From: a virus
Lineage: Duplodnaviria > Caudoviricetes
Strand: one strand, 5' to 3'
IMG/VR virus record: IMGVR_UViG_3300037455_000221
Coordinates: 65,647-129,646 of that record
DNA length: 64,000 nt
Made by a program: the position numbers and the translations under genes. Shown in pieces: positions 57,074 to 64,000 of the stretch. The notes beneath the pieces are model-generated. The model was not told the DNA's origin, made no database searches, and saw only the letters and a program-made list of their open reading frames with translations. Numbering within the stretch: position 1 is the stretch's first letter; each line of letters begins with the position of its first letter.

Positions 57074-57348
57074 TCACTCACCTCACTTTTTGCCTTGTCT
57101 GCTTCTATGATTGTTGGTGCATCTTCTGGACAACATAAACTATGTTTACAATCACCGCATCCTGTCTGCTGATAAGTACATACATTTTTCTTATAATCAT
57201 CTGCATCAATCAATCTTCCATGTCCTTTTGGAAGTGGTGTGCCATGTGCTATTGCAAGTGCCATTTCATCATTCTGTTCCTCACTTAAATCTCTCCCATT
57301 AACGATGTATTTCATCAGAATATCTGGAATATCAATTATCAGTTTCAC
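57070..57348 (-). CDS. Mosaic hypothetical protein
   Basis: MKLIIDIP...GTPLPKGHGRLIDAD...APTIIEAD. Confidence 0.65.
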   Translation of the reverse strand: MKLIIDIPDILMKYIVNGRDLSEEQNDEMALAIAHGTPLPKGHGRLIDADDYKKNVCTYQQTGCGDCKHSLCCPEDAPTIIEADKAKSEVSE

Positions 57349-57617
57349 TCAGCTTTACCTCTTTTCTCTTCGTACATTCGTTTGAGTTCATCCATTGTGT
57401 ACTTGTCTCTCAGTACCTTGTGATTCCCACAGTTAAGATAATTAGGGCAGAACACATCACCCATGTCCCAATTCGCACCCCAAATCTCTATATCCTTGGA
57501 TTGAAATGCTTCCTTAGTGAGTTTGTGAAAATACTTGTCAAGGTCTTTTATAAGGATAGTAACGTTGCCCATCCAAACCATCTCAGTTCCGCATATCGGA
57601 CATTTCATTTTCTTCAC
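57345..57617 (-). CDS. Zn-binding hypothetical protein
   Basis: CPICG...CPNYLNC. Confidence 0.55.
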   Translation of the reverse strand: MKKMKCPICGTEMVWMGNVTILIKDLDKYFHKLTKEAFQSKDIEIWGANWDMGDVFCPNYLNCGNHKVLRDKYTMDELKRMYEEKRGKAE

Positions 57618-57948
57618 CTCTCATATCTGCCTTGCCTATATTATCAATCGTGCGTATAAACAAATCTACCATAGCGTCAACCACGCAAGGGTCTTTTGCT
57701 AATGCTTGCTTATCTGCTTGCCAATACCAACCTTTGATCTCCGCCTTTACATCATCAATCAATGCTTTTCTTCCCTGTTCCCAACCGTAAGCTTGCCCGT
57801 CAAAGTAGGCTTTTGTTTCGGCTTTTTCTATTTCCTCGGTGTTCCCACCCATTAAGGCTGATATAGCCATGTCCTTGGCTTCTCTGTCCTTGTCAAACTC
57901 TCCAAGATATATGATACATAACTGTTCGATTGCTTCTTCTTTAGTCAT
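57583..57948 (-). CDS. Hypothetical protein
   Basis: MTKEEAI...MAISAL motif. Confidence 0.6.
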   Translation of the reverse strand: MTKEEAIEQLCIIYLGEFDKDREAKDMAISALMGGNTEEIEKAETKAYFDGQAYGWEQGRKALIDDVKAEIKGWYWQADKQALAKDPCVVDAMVDLFIRTIDNIGKADMRGEENEMSDMRN

Positions 57949-58301
57949 TCCTTATCCTCACTTTCTGCCTTGTATGGTTCGGGATTTTCTTGCCACGCTA
58001 TCACATTATCTACATAGGCTCTTTCATGATTGATTCTATTATCGGCATACCAAGTGTTTGAACCATCAAAGCAACAAGCGTCAACGAGATATTTGGGATT
58101 CATTACATTATTTGGATAGTACCTCGTCACTCTGTAAACGTCAGCGATTTTTGGCAACCTCTCGGAAACAGGAATCCATTCTGCCTTGTCCTCGGATAAA
58201 GCGGATATAACTAAATCACAAAATTCCGGTAACTTATCAAAGTCTATTGTGTAATTATTCTTTAAGGCATTAGCAAACTCTTTTCCTTCTTCTCTTTTCA
58301 T
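57945..58301 (-). CDS. DUF551-like protein
   Basis: EWIPVSERLP...VIAWQ..PEPYKAESE. Confidence 0.65.
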   Translation of the reverse strand: MKREEGKEFANALKNNYTIDFDKLPEFCDLVISALSEDKAEWIPVSERLPKIADVYRVTRYYPNNVMNPKYLVDACCFDGSNTWYADNRINHERAYVDNVIAWQENPEPYKAESEDKE

Positions 58302-58322
58302 TCTTCACCTCTCGTTATATAG

Positions 58323-58628
58323 TCACTCATGCTCTACCTCACTTCTCAACGGACAATCCTCGTGTAATGATTGAATTGCATACATTGATGGATTTGCTGA
58401 ATGACTATCTTTACAGCACATAGTTCCATACCAAGAATCTGAAGGTTCTCCTATGTATGAAAAATATTGACAATCTGTGCAATATATTTCTTTAGAAACA
58501 TCGTATTTTTCTTTAAGTGCTTCTATTGCCATTTTATAAGCATCATTTACACCACCATAGTCGATATATCTATCATTAAATTCAGCCTGTTGTTCTTGCA
58601 ATATTTTAATTGCTCTTTCTATGTTCAT
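58323..58628 (-). CDS. Hypothetical protein
   Basis: MAIEAL, C.DC...CPL motifs. Confidence 0.6.
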   Translation of the reverse strand: MNIERAIKILQEQQAEFNDRYIDYGGVNDAYKMAIEALKEKYDVSKEIYCTDCQYFSYIGEPSDSWYGTMCCKDSHSANPSMYAIQSLHEDCPLRSEVEHE

Positions 58629-58835
58629 TCACTCACCTCTCTTAACTATTCCACATATCTCAAAGTGTTCAACACGCTCGACAATGTAATACGGTCTGTA
58701 ATCAGGCTGATTCAACTTAGCCCATTTAACAGCTTCTTCATATGTTGAGTGATATATACATGGATCTGGTTGTTTATCACATATCACGGAATAACTTATG
58801 CGTTCCTCTGGAGTGTTCATCTTATTTCTCCTCAC
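58629..58835 (-). CDS. Hypothetical protein
   Basis: Coupled ORF (likely start MNTPEE). Confidence 0.5.
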   Translation of the reverse strand: MRRNKMNTPEERISYSVICDKQPDPCIYHSTYEEAVKWAKLNQPDYRPYYIVERVEHFEICGIVKRGE

Positions 58836-59010
58836 TTTCTGCCTCCACGAAATATAAGGCTATCCATTCGTCAGGACTTGAATTTACATCTTTTACTATT
58901 AAAAACTTACCGGTAGCATCTTCAAAAAACTTAAAATCTTCAAAGTTGTCTGTATCAATAGTTGCTATGTATTTCATTCTGTTTTGCCTCCGTCCATGAT
59001 TGCTCCGCAA
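58822..59010 (-). CDS. Hypothetical protein
   Basis: Likely start MKYIATID. Confidence 0.5.
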   Translation of the reverse strand: MRSNHGRRQNRMKYIATIDTDNFEDFKFFEDATGKFLIVKDVNSSPDEWIALYFVEAESEEK

Positions 59011-59285
59011 TGGCAGAATGGATAATCAATCTGTATATCTTCCATCCAATCCTTTTCAACTACCCTCCCACATTCTGAACATCTATAGAGATTAGGAGAA
59101 ATCTTTATCCATTCTCCATGTGTGTTTTCTCTTACGTCTGCGGGCGACAATTCAGATAACAACATCCCTACCTTATTTGCCCCATATGCTCTCTGTAAGT
59201 GAGTTCTATCATTTATAGCTGCTTCATCATCACGATATTTTATAATAGTTCTATTTATATCTTCTATGCTAATATAGCCATTCAT
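58974..59285 (-). CDS. Zn-ribbon mosaic protein
   Basis: PADVRENTHGEWI..CSECG..FCHCGAIMDG. Confidence 0.65.
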   Translation of the reverse strand: MNGYISIEDINRTIIKYRDDEAAINDRTHLQRAYGANKVGMLLSELSPADVRENTHGEWIKISPNLYRCSECGRVVEKDWMEDIQIDYPFCHCGAIMDGGKTE

Positions 59286-59301
59286 GTTTAATTCTCCATA
59301 G

Positions 59302-59697
59302 TTAGCTTTCTTTATACACCCAGTTAACAGTTCCATTTAATTCATTTTCCACTGTGGCACATGCATTTCTGATCGAAACATTATTGTCTCTAATTTTCTT
59401 TTCGAGCCAATCAATTATTGCCTGAGGATCATCATGATCTCTAAGATCACCAAAGATAGACACCGTATAAGCTGCAAGACATCCGGGATCTGGGTTTACC
59501 CATACGGACATTTTAAGGCTACCCTCACTTCCCATTGGAAGGTACTTATTAGGGTATCTGTATGCATCATCCCACACTTCTTCTGACGATTCGAACAGGC
59601 ATTCTCTGCCAAATATTTTGGTAAAATCTTTAACTTCATTATCAAATCTAATCGAGTCTACTCTTATTATTGCTGCAACATGTGTCCAATTACTCAT
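59302..59697 (-). CDS. Hypothetical phage protein
   Basis: MSNWTHV, P.GSEG, FGDLRD motifs. Confidence 0.7.
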   Translation of the reverse strand: MSNWTHVAAIIRVDSIRFDNEVKDFTKIFGRECLFESSEEVWDDAYRYPNKYLPMGSEGSLKMSVWVNPDPGCLAAYTVSIFGDLRDHDDPQAIIDWLEKKIRDNNVSIRNACATVENELNGTVNWVYKES

Positions 59698-59699
59698 TA

Positions 59700-60593
59700 T
59701 TATACCTCCCCTTTATGTTCCTTCATCCACTGCTGTACATACCATAACTGTCCGCATCCACCGCCAATATCATCCTGGCCGGCCGGATTAAATACACGTG
59801 TGTTATATCCCTTTTCCATAAAATACTTCTCAAATTCTCTGATCGACTCAAGATTTTTATATCCGGCATCCTTCATGGTTTCGTTTGCTGAACATACCAC
59901 AGAGAATGTGAAGCAGAATATCATAGGCGAGAACAGCGCGGACAATCTCTGTGCATCTTCCATTGTATTATTGGTTCCGTCAATACAATAGTTAAGATAA
60001 GGATTTCTGCCGGTTTCCATAGCCCATACCATACCCATATCCCTTATTCGTTCAAGCGTGTACTTATCTTCGTAAGGAATAAGAATGTTCCTGGCTTCAT
60101 CTGTAGACTTATGAATAGAAAACTGAAGACCTATCTTATCAATTTCCTTTGAGAGTGCGATCATCCTCGACACAGCAACAATATCCTTAGGAGCAATAGT
60201 TGAAATGAGCAGCTCCGCATTGTTGTACTTTTCGTGCAGAGTACGAATCGCCTTTTCAACATTATCCCAGTTAAGCAGAGGCTCACCCATACTCATGAAC
60301 ATGAACTGAACTCTTCTACCACGCTCATTTATATCTTCAATGTGCTTATCAGACAGAATGGTCTCGATCTGATTCACTATCTCATTGGCAGTTAAGTTCC
60401 TTGCAAACTTATTACCGGTGCCGCAGAACTTACAGCCCACCGGGCAACCGCTCATGGTCGAACAGCAGATCACAGTTCGCTTATAGAAGTCCTCGTACTT
60501 ATACAGCACAGCCTCAGCTACCGCATCCTCTGAAGTGAATACGTACTTCCATACATTACCTTCTGAGCTCTCAAATATTTTTACATTCCACAT
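59700..60593 (-). CDS. RlmN/Cfr-family radical SAM RNA methyltransferase (compact)
   Basis: ICCSTMSGCPVGCKFCGTG, RNLTANEIVNQ, FMSMGEPLLN, LQFSIH, DIGGGCGQL. Confidence 0.88.
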   Translation of the reverse strand: MWNVKIFESSEGNVWKYVFTSEDAVAEAVLYKYEDFYKRTVICCSTMSGCPVGCKFCGTGNKFARNLTANEIVNQIETILSDKHIEDINERGRRVQFMFMSMGEPLLNWDNVEKAIRTLHEKYNNAELLISTIAPKDIVAVSRMIALSKEIDKIGLQFSIHKSTDEARNILIPYEDKYTLERIRDMGMVWAMETGRNPYLNYCIDGTNNTMEDAQRLSALFSPMIFCFTFSVVCSANETMKDAGYKNLESIREFEKYFMEKGYNTRVFNPAGQDDIGGGCGQLWYVQQWMKEHKGEV

Positions 60594-61018
60594 TTCTTAA
60601 TCTCCTTTTCAATGTTGTTATATACCCACTCGACCACGTCTTCCATGTATTGATATTCAGTTTCCTTTGGAAAGATCTGCACCATGCGCGATTCATTATC
60701 TCCTGACTTGTGCACCCACACTTCAAAAACATTGTCTGTCTCCATAATGTCAACCGCCCACAGAGAAGGAATTTCCCTTAGGCTTATTAACTTTCTCTTG
60801 AAATCTTGGATCTCAATGTCACCATGAAGATGCACCTTGCGAGGGAATGTACCTGTCAAAACAAAAGTATCTTCCCTTAGATAGTTGCGGTACACTTCTT
60901 TATATTCATTGTTAGCATATATATATGTTCTATGGCTGATAGAATCATAAAACACGGTGGTGGTTTTCATAATTCCGTCCAAGTCTTCTATTGCAAATAC
61001 ACCAACACTAACCAACAT
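60581..61018 (-). CDS. Hypothetical protein
   Basis: Coupled ORF. Confidence 0.55.
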   Translation of the reverse strand: MLVSVGVFAIEDLDGIMKTTTVFYDSISHRTYIYANNEYKEVYRNYLREDTFVLTGTFPRKVHLHGDIEIQDFKRKLISLREIPSLWAVDIMETDNVFEVWVHKSGDNESRMVQIFPKETEYQYMEDVVEWVYNNIEKEIKKCGM

Positions 61019-61019
61019 A

Positions 61020-61670
61020 TTATTTACCTCCTCTAAATGATGTCTTTATATCAAACCCATGCATTGTTATTTTGTCATCATTTGTAATTCCCTTAGGCTC
61101 TGTGGTTTCCGCCATTGTCTTTTCTCTTGAGAAGTATTCCTCAATAGCGCAGAACATTTCGAGCGGATCAATTACCGATGCCAGGCCACTTGCCTTTAGT
61201 ATAGGAATTTCATACGTTGTTTCCTTATTTGCATGCCATGTACGATGTTTATTAATAGTGGCCAATCTTCTATAATCATTGTGATCTATGGCAGCTATTA
61301 TATCGTCCACAGTTTGCTTTCGCTTTTCTTTTAAGTAATAGCACCAAGTGTGTGGGTCAATTGATTCAATCGATAATAACTTATTTGGCTTATTATAATT
61401 CTTCCATGAAACCATTAAGTGAGCAATATAATTTTCCGGCCATCCTAAATCATTTTGCTTTAGAATTGTAACCTTAATTAGCCAGAATGTGGCGCCGCAC
61501 TGTATCAGGATAAGTCGCTCCTTATTTTCCTTAGAGTAAATTCCTTGATACAATTTCTCGCACATAATTTCCTTTGTTAATAGGAATGAGTTACGGCGGT
61601 CGAACACCACTGTATCCGTGGGATCCTGGAGATAGTCGTAGAAGTCGTGCTTATTATCTATTATTCTCAT
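61020..61670 (-). CDS. Hypothetical phage protein
   Basis: MRII...DFYDY and K...HGFD.KTSFR motifs. Confidence 0.7.
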   Translation of the reverse strand: MRIIDNKHDFYDYLQDPTDTVVFDRRNSFLLTKEIMCEKLYQGIYSKENKERLILIQCGATFWLIKVTILKQNDLGWPENYIAHLMVSWKNYNKPNKLLSIESIDPHTWCYYLKEKRKQTVDDIIAAIDHNDYRRLATINKHRTWHANKETTYEIPILKASGLASVIDPLEMFCAIEEYFSREKTMAETTEPKGITNDDKITMHGFDIKTSFRGGK

Positions 61671-61787
61671 GTCAATCCTCCTCTTATTCTCCTTTTGTAA
61701 ACCATTTCACCAAGTCAGTGAAAATGTACTTAATCGTGAATATTTCAAATGTAAACCATTTTAGTTTACATTAACAAACATTACACA

Positions 61788-62144
61788 TTACCATAAGTCA
61801 TCCTCCGGGTCAAGTTTATTTCTGTCAATAATGTAACACATTCCTTCCTCTACAACTGTATCAGCATGAATAATAAATCCCTTCTTTTTATATTCTTCAA
61901 AAAGAAGTTCGTCCTTAGGATTACAGCAAATTACATAAGGCCTGACCAATACGTCTAACTTGTGCATATCGGCGGGGTTTAATTGAGCAGTGCAAGAGAA
62001 TGTACGCGTGTTGTCAAATGTACGATAAACTTCATCATTAATTTCCGGTGTAAGATCCTCTGCTTTAAGAACGCCTACCTTGCTATAAGAAGTACCATCT
62101 CCGTTTTTGAAATATAAGACGCCTTCCATTTCTTTTTCGCCCAT
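61788..62144 (-). CDS. Hypothetical protein
   Basis: GGAGG RBS. Confidence 0.6.
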   Translation of the reverse strand: MGEKEMEGVLYFKNGDGTSYSKVGVLKAEDLTPEINDEVYRTFDNTRTFSCTAQLNPADMHKLDVLVRPYVICCNPKDELLFEEYKKKGFIIHADTVVEEGMCYIIDRNKLDPEDDLW

Positions 62145-62548
62145 TATATTAACTCCTCCATTGCTCTGTATGCAGCCACCTTATCGCATGCTATCTTGCG
62201 GCACTGGGCTTCGCTTCTACCATTTTCAAATATTGTCACACAGTATCTGTGACTATATGGATGAACCTCTTCATCTTCGTACCATTGGATTTTTAATTTG
62301 GGTGGGCATTCTTCTTCATTGAGATGTCCCTTTTTATCAAAATAATAACAATACCCAATTTGGTTTTTTGCTTTCTGCATATTTATAACGCATTGCGTGG
62401 TATCCCACTCTTCATATTCATAAGTATACCAACCACGTTCATACTTATTATGCAGCTCGCAGTACTTCTCAGCCGTATCCTGATCCTCAAATATTGCATC
62501 CACAGTATAGTCGCTGTACTCGCCATGATGAACCAAATATACCTTCAT
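62144..62548 (-). CDS. Hypothetical protein
   Basis: MKVYLV..GEYSDY...IF...AE.Y motif. Confidence 0.65.
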   Translation of the reverse strand: MKVYLVHHGEYSDYTVDAIFEDQDTAEKYCELHNKYERGWYTYEYEEWDTTQCVINMQKAKNQIGYCYYFDKKGHLNEEECPPKLKIQWYEDEEVHPYSHRYCVTIFENGRSEAQCRKIACDKVAAYRAMEELI

Positions 62549-62551
62549 TTA

Positions 62552-62875
62552 TCAATCCTCTGTCTTATTTCCGGTGCGTGAGTTAAACACTTCTTCGATA
62601 TTTACCATTATCTTATAATCTCTTTTCTCTTCCGGCTCATACAAATACATACCAGGCTTGTCATCGTATATCCATGTGCTCGCCACAATACTATACGGCC
62701 AACGGTCTGCCAGTTCAAAGTCGTTATATGTTACAGATGGTGGCTCAAAAGCTGCGAACACATCCCTATCAAGTTTTCTTGGATAGTTCTGTATATAATT
62801 TAAAAATTCTTCCTTGGTAACCTTTTTCATTATTGGGTTGACACTATAATAAAATTCTTGTTTGTTCATTTCCAC
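62552..62875 (-). CDS. Hypothetical protein
   Basis: Coupled ORF. Confidence 0.6.
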   Translation of the reverse strand: MEMNKQEFYYSVNPIMKKVTKEEFLNYIQNYPRKLDRDVFAAFEPPSVTYNDFELADRWPYSIVASTWIYDDKPGMYLYEPEEKRDYKIMVNIEEVFNSRTGNKTED

Positions 62876-63054
62876 ACTTCCTTTCTACAACAAGGGCATG
62901 TACATATATAGGTTCCTTCACCTCTTTGCTGAGCTATCTGGGGCGCATATGTCCATTCATATTTTTCTGCCTTAAATACGCAACCACATCGGTCGCACTC
63001 AAACTGTACAATATCTTTTGCCTTATCAGGATCTCCTTGTTTAATTATTTTCAT
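62866..63054 (-). CDS. Small Zn-ribbon protein
   Basis: MKIIKQG...F.C..CGC.F.A...CPCC. Confidence 0.65.
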   Translation of the reverse strand: MKIIKQGDPDKAKDIVQFECDRCGCVFKAEKYEWTYAPQIAQQRGEGTYICTCPCCRKEVWK

Positions 63055-63061
63055 TTAAAAT

Positions 63062-63328
63062 CTACCTCCTGCTTTGATAACCTATATCAAAATCTTCTCT
63101 TCCTTTTTCATATCCCTGTTCATAAGCCTTGCGTTCTCGCTCATGAATTTCAAGTTCTCTTTGATCCAAGGGTATGCGCTCGCACCATGCAAATTTAAAT
63201 TCATAATCAATTATTTCGTAATAAGGTTCCATAATTGTATGTTCATGTATTTGCTCAGCGGGGATACGATATGGCTTATCATTCTTTTGCATTCCGTTGT
63301 CGTCATAAAAAGTTACTTCTGCATACAT
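63062..63328 (-). CDS. Hypothetical protein
   Basis: Coupled ORF. Confidence 0.55.
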   Translation of the reverse strand: MYAEVTFYDDNGMQKNDKPYRIPAEQIHEHTIMEPYYEIIDYEFKFAWCERIPLDQRELEIHERERKAYEQGYEKGREDFDIGYQSRR

Positions 63329-63684
63329 TACACCAAATCCTCCGGTTTGATCTCCACTAAATTATTTGCATCGGTTATGTTAAAGTTTATTTCAGCTCCA
63401 GCCGCATTTTCGGCCACCCAATTCATAAACCACACAACAAATTCTTTCTCTCTCATTAGCTGAATCTTATCTATGTGTGGCAGAAACAACTTTAAAGTAT
63501 CTTCCACGGTCATAGCATATTCATATTCATTTGTTACTTTAGCTTCTATTTTGTATTTTGTCAAGTACACAGTAATCTCTGACAGATATACAGAACCATA
63601 TCCACATGTAGGACAGCCCTCACACAAGCAATCTTCATCCGTTTTAATATCAACAATCCCACCATCAGTTGTTTTGATTAACAT
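63328..63684 (-). CDS. Hypothetical protein
   Basis: AAGGAG RBS; GCPTCGYGS motif. Confidence 0.6.
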   Translation of the reverse strand: MLIKTTDGGIVDIKTDEDCLCEGCPTCGYGSVYLSEITVYLTKYKIEAKVTNEYEYAMTVEDTLKLFLPHIDKIQLMREKEFVVWFMNWVAENAAGAEINFNITDANNLVEIKPEDLV

Positions 63685-63728
63685 TTGTGCTCTCCTTTAC
63701 ATATATTATCATCGTGTCGTCTGATTTG

Positions 63729-63962
63729 TCACCATCCTATCTGTATTTCCGTTAGGCCCAGGTACATTAACCCTTCACGGTAACGTGGCCAGAGTTTATA
63801 ACCAAGCTTATCAAATCGCTTCATTAATTCATCTGTCTGCTCGTCGGTAAGGTCGCTTACCTTTATATCTACCGCGTTGTATCCCTTTTCTGCGGCAGCC
63901 CTGATAGCCTGTTCATACTTATTATCTTTGGTTATTTTACGTGCTTCTTCTGCTGTGATCAT
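63729..63962 (-). CDS. Hypothetical protein
   Basis: GGAGG RBS; MITAEEARK motif. Confidence 0.6.
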   Translation of the reverse strand: MITAEEARKITKDNKYEQAIRAAAEKGYNAVDIKVSDLTDEQTDELMKRFDKLGYKLWPRYREGLMYLGLTEIQIGW

Positions 63963-63984
63963 GATTGTTTACCTCCAATATAAG

Positions 63985-64000
63985 AGATCGGAAGAGCGTC
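63985..64000 (+). other. Illumina TruSeq adapter remnant (artefact)
   Basis: Exact AGATCGGAAGAGCGTC at the very end of the window. Confidence 0.93.

Noticed and set aside
1-64000. Stop-codon reassignment
   Set aside because: Long conserved genes are intact in code 11, TAA, TGA and TAG all end genes, and no suppressor tRNA was found; the nrdD break is an intron.

Overview
A 64-kb piece of a large temperate tailed-phage genome, low GC and probably infecting a Bacillota/Clostridia host (sigmaA-type promoters, AGGAGG ribosome-binding sites). The + strand (1-13.7 kb) carries the end of the tail module: a 5'-truncated tail protein and two BspA/DUF285 leucine-rich-repeat proteins. Small membrane (holin-like) genes, a papain-family protease and a tyrosine integrase follow. 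Next comes an intact attP (3' half of tRNA-Pro plus five arm-type repeats) facing an unannotated excisionase. Everything else is on the - strand. It includes an RlaP-type nucleotidyltransferase, nrdD split by a group I intron with an HNH gene, an amidase/lysozyme/SH3 lysin, DnaE, a ThyX-like gene with an in-frame HNH insert, Thg1 and a radical SAM protein. A ~5.4-kb tRNA/ncRNA island follows, then an SPbeta-like replication block with an inserted cysteine desulfurase, an IscB/omegaRNA element, and ~14 kb of small mosaic ORFs containing an RlmN-like methyltransferase. The best candidate for a new system lies in the RNA island. A DUF2828 (TROVE/Ro60-like, vWA) gene is co-transcribed from its own promoter with four RNA modules that share a covarying stem plus an invariant ACAGCAA. 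Two of the modules are grafted, in permuted form, into the anticodon arm of tRNA-Pro-like scaffolds, and two more copies lie nearby. The layout resembles a phage Ro60/Y-RNA-like ribonucleoprotein. The last 16 nt are Illumina adapter. All family assignments come from motif recognition by eye, not from database searches.
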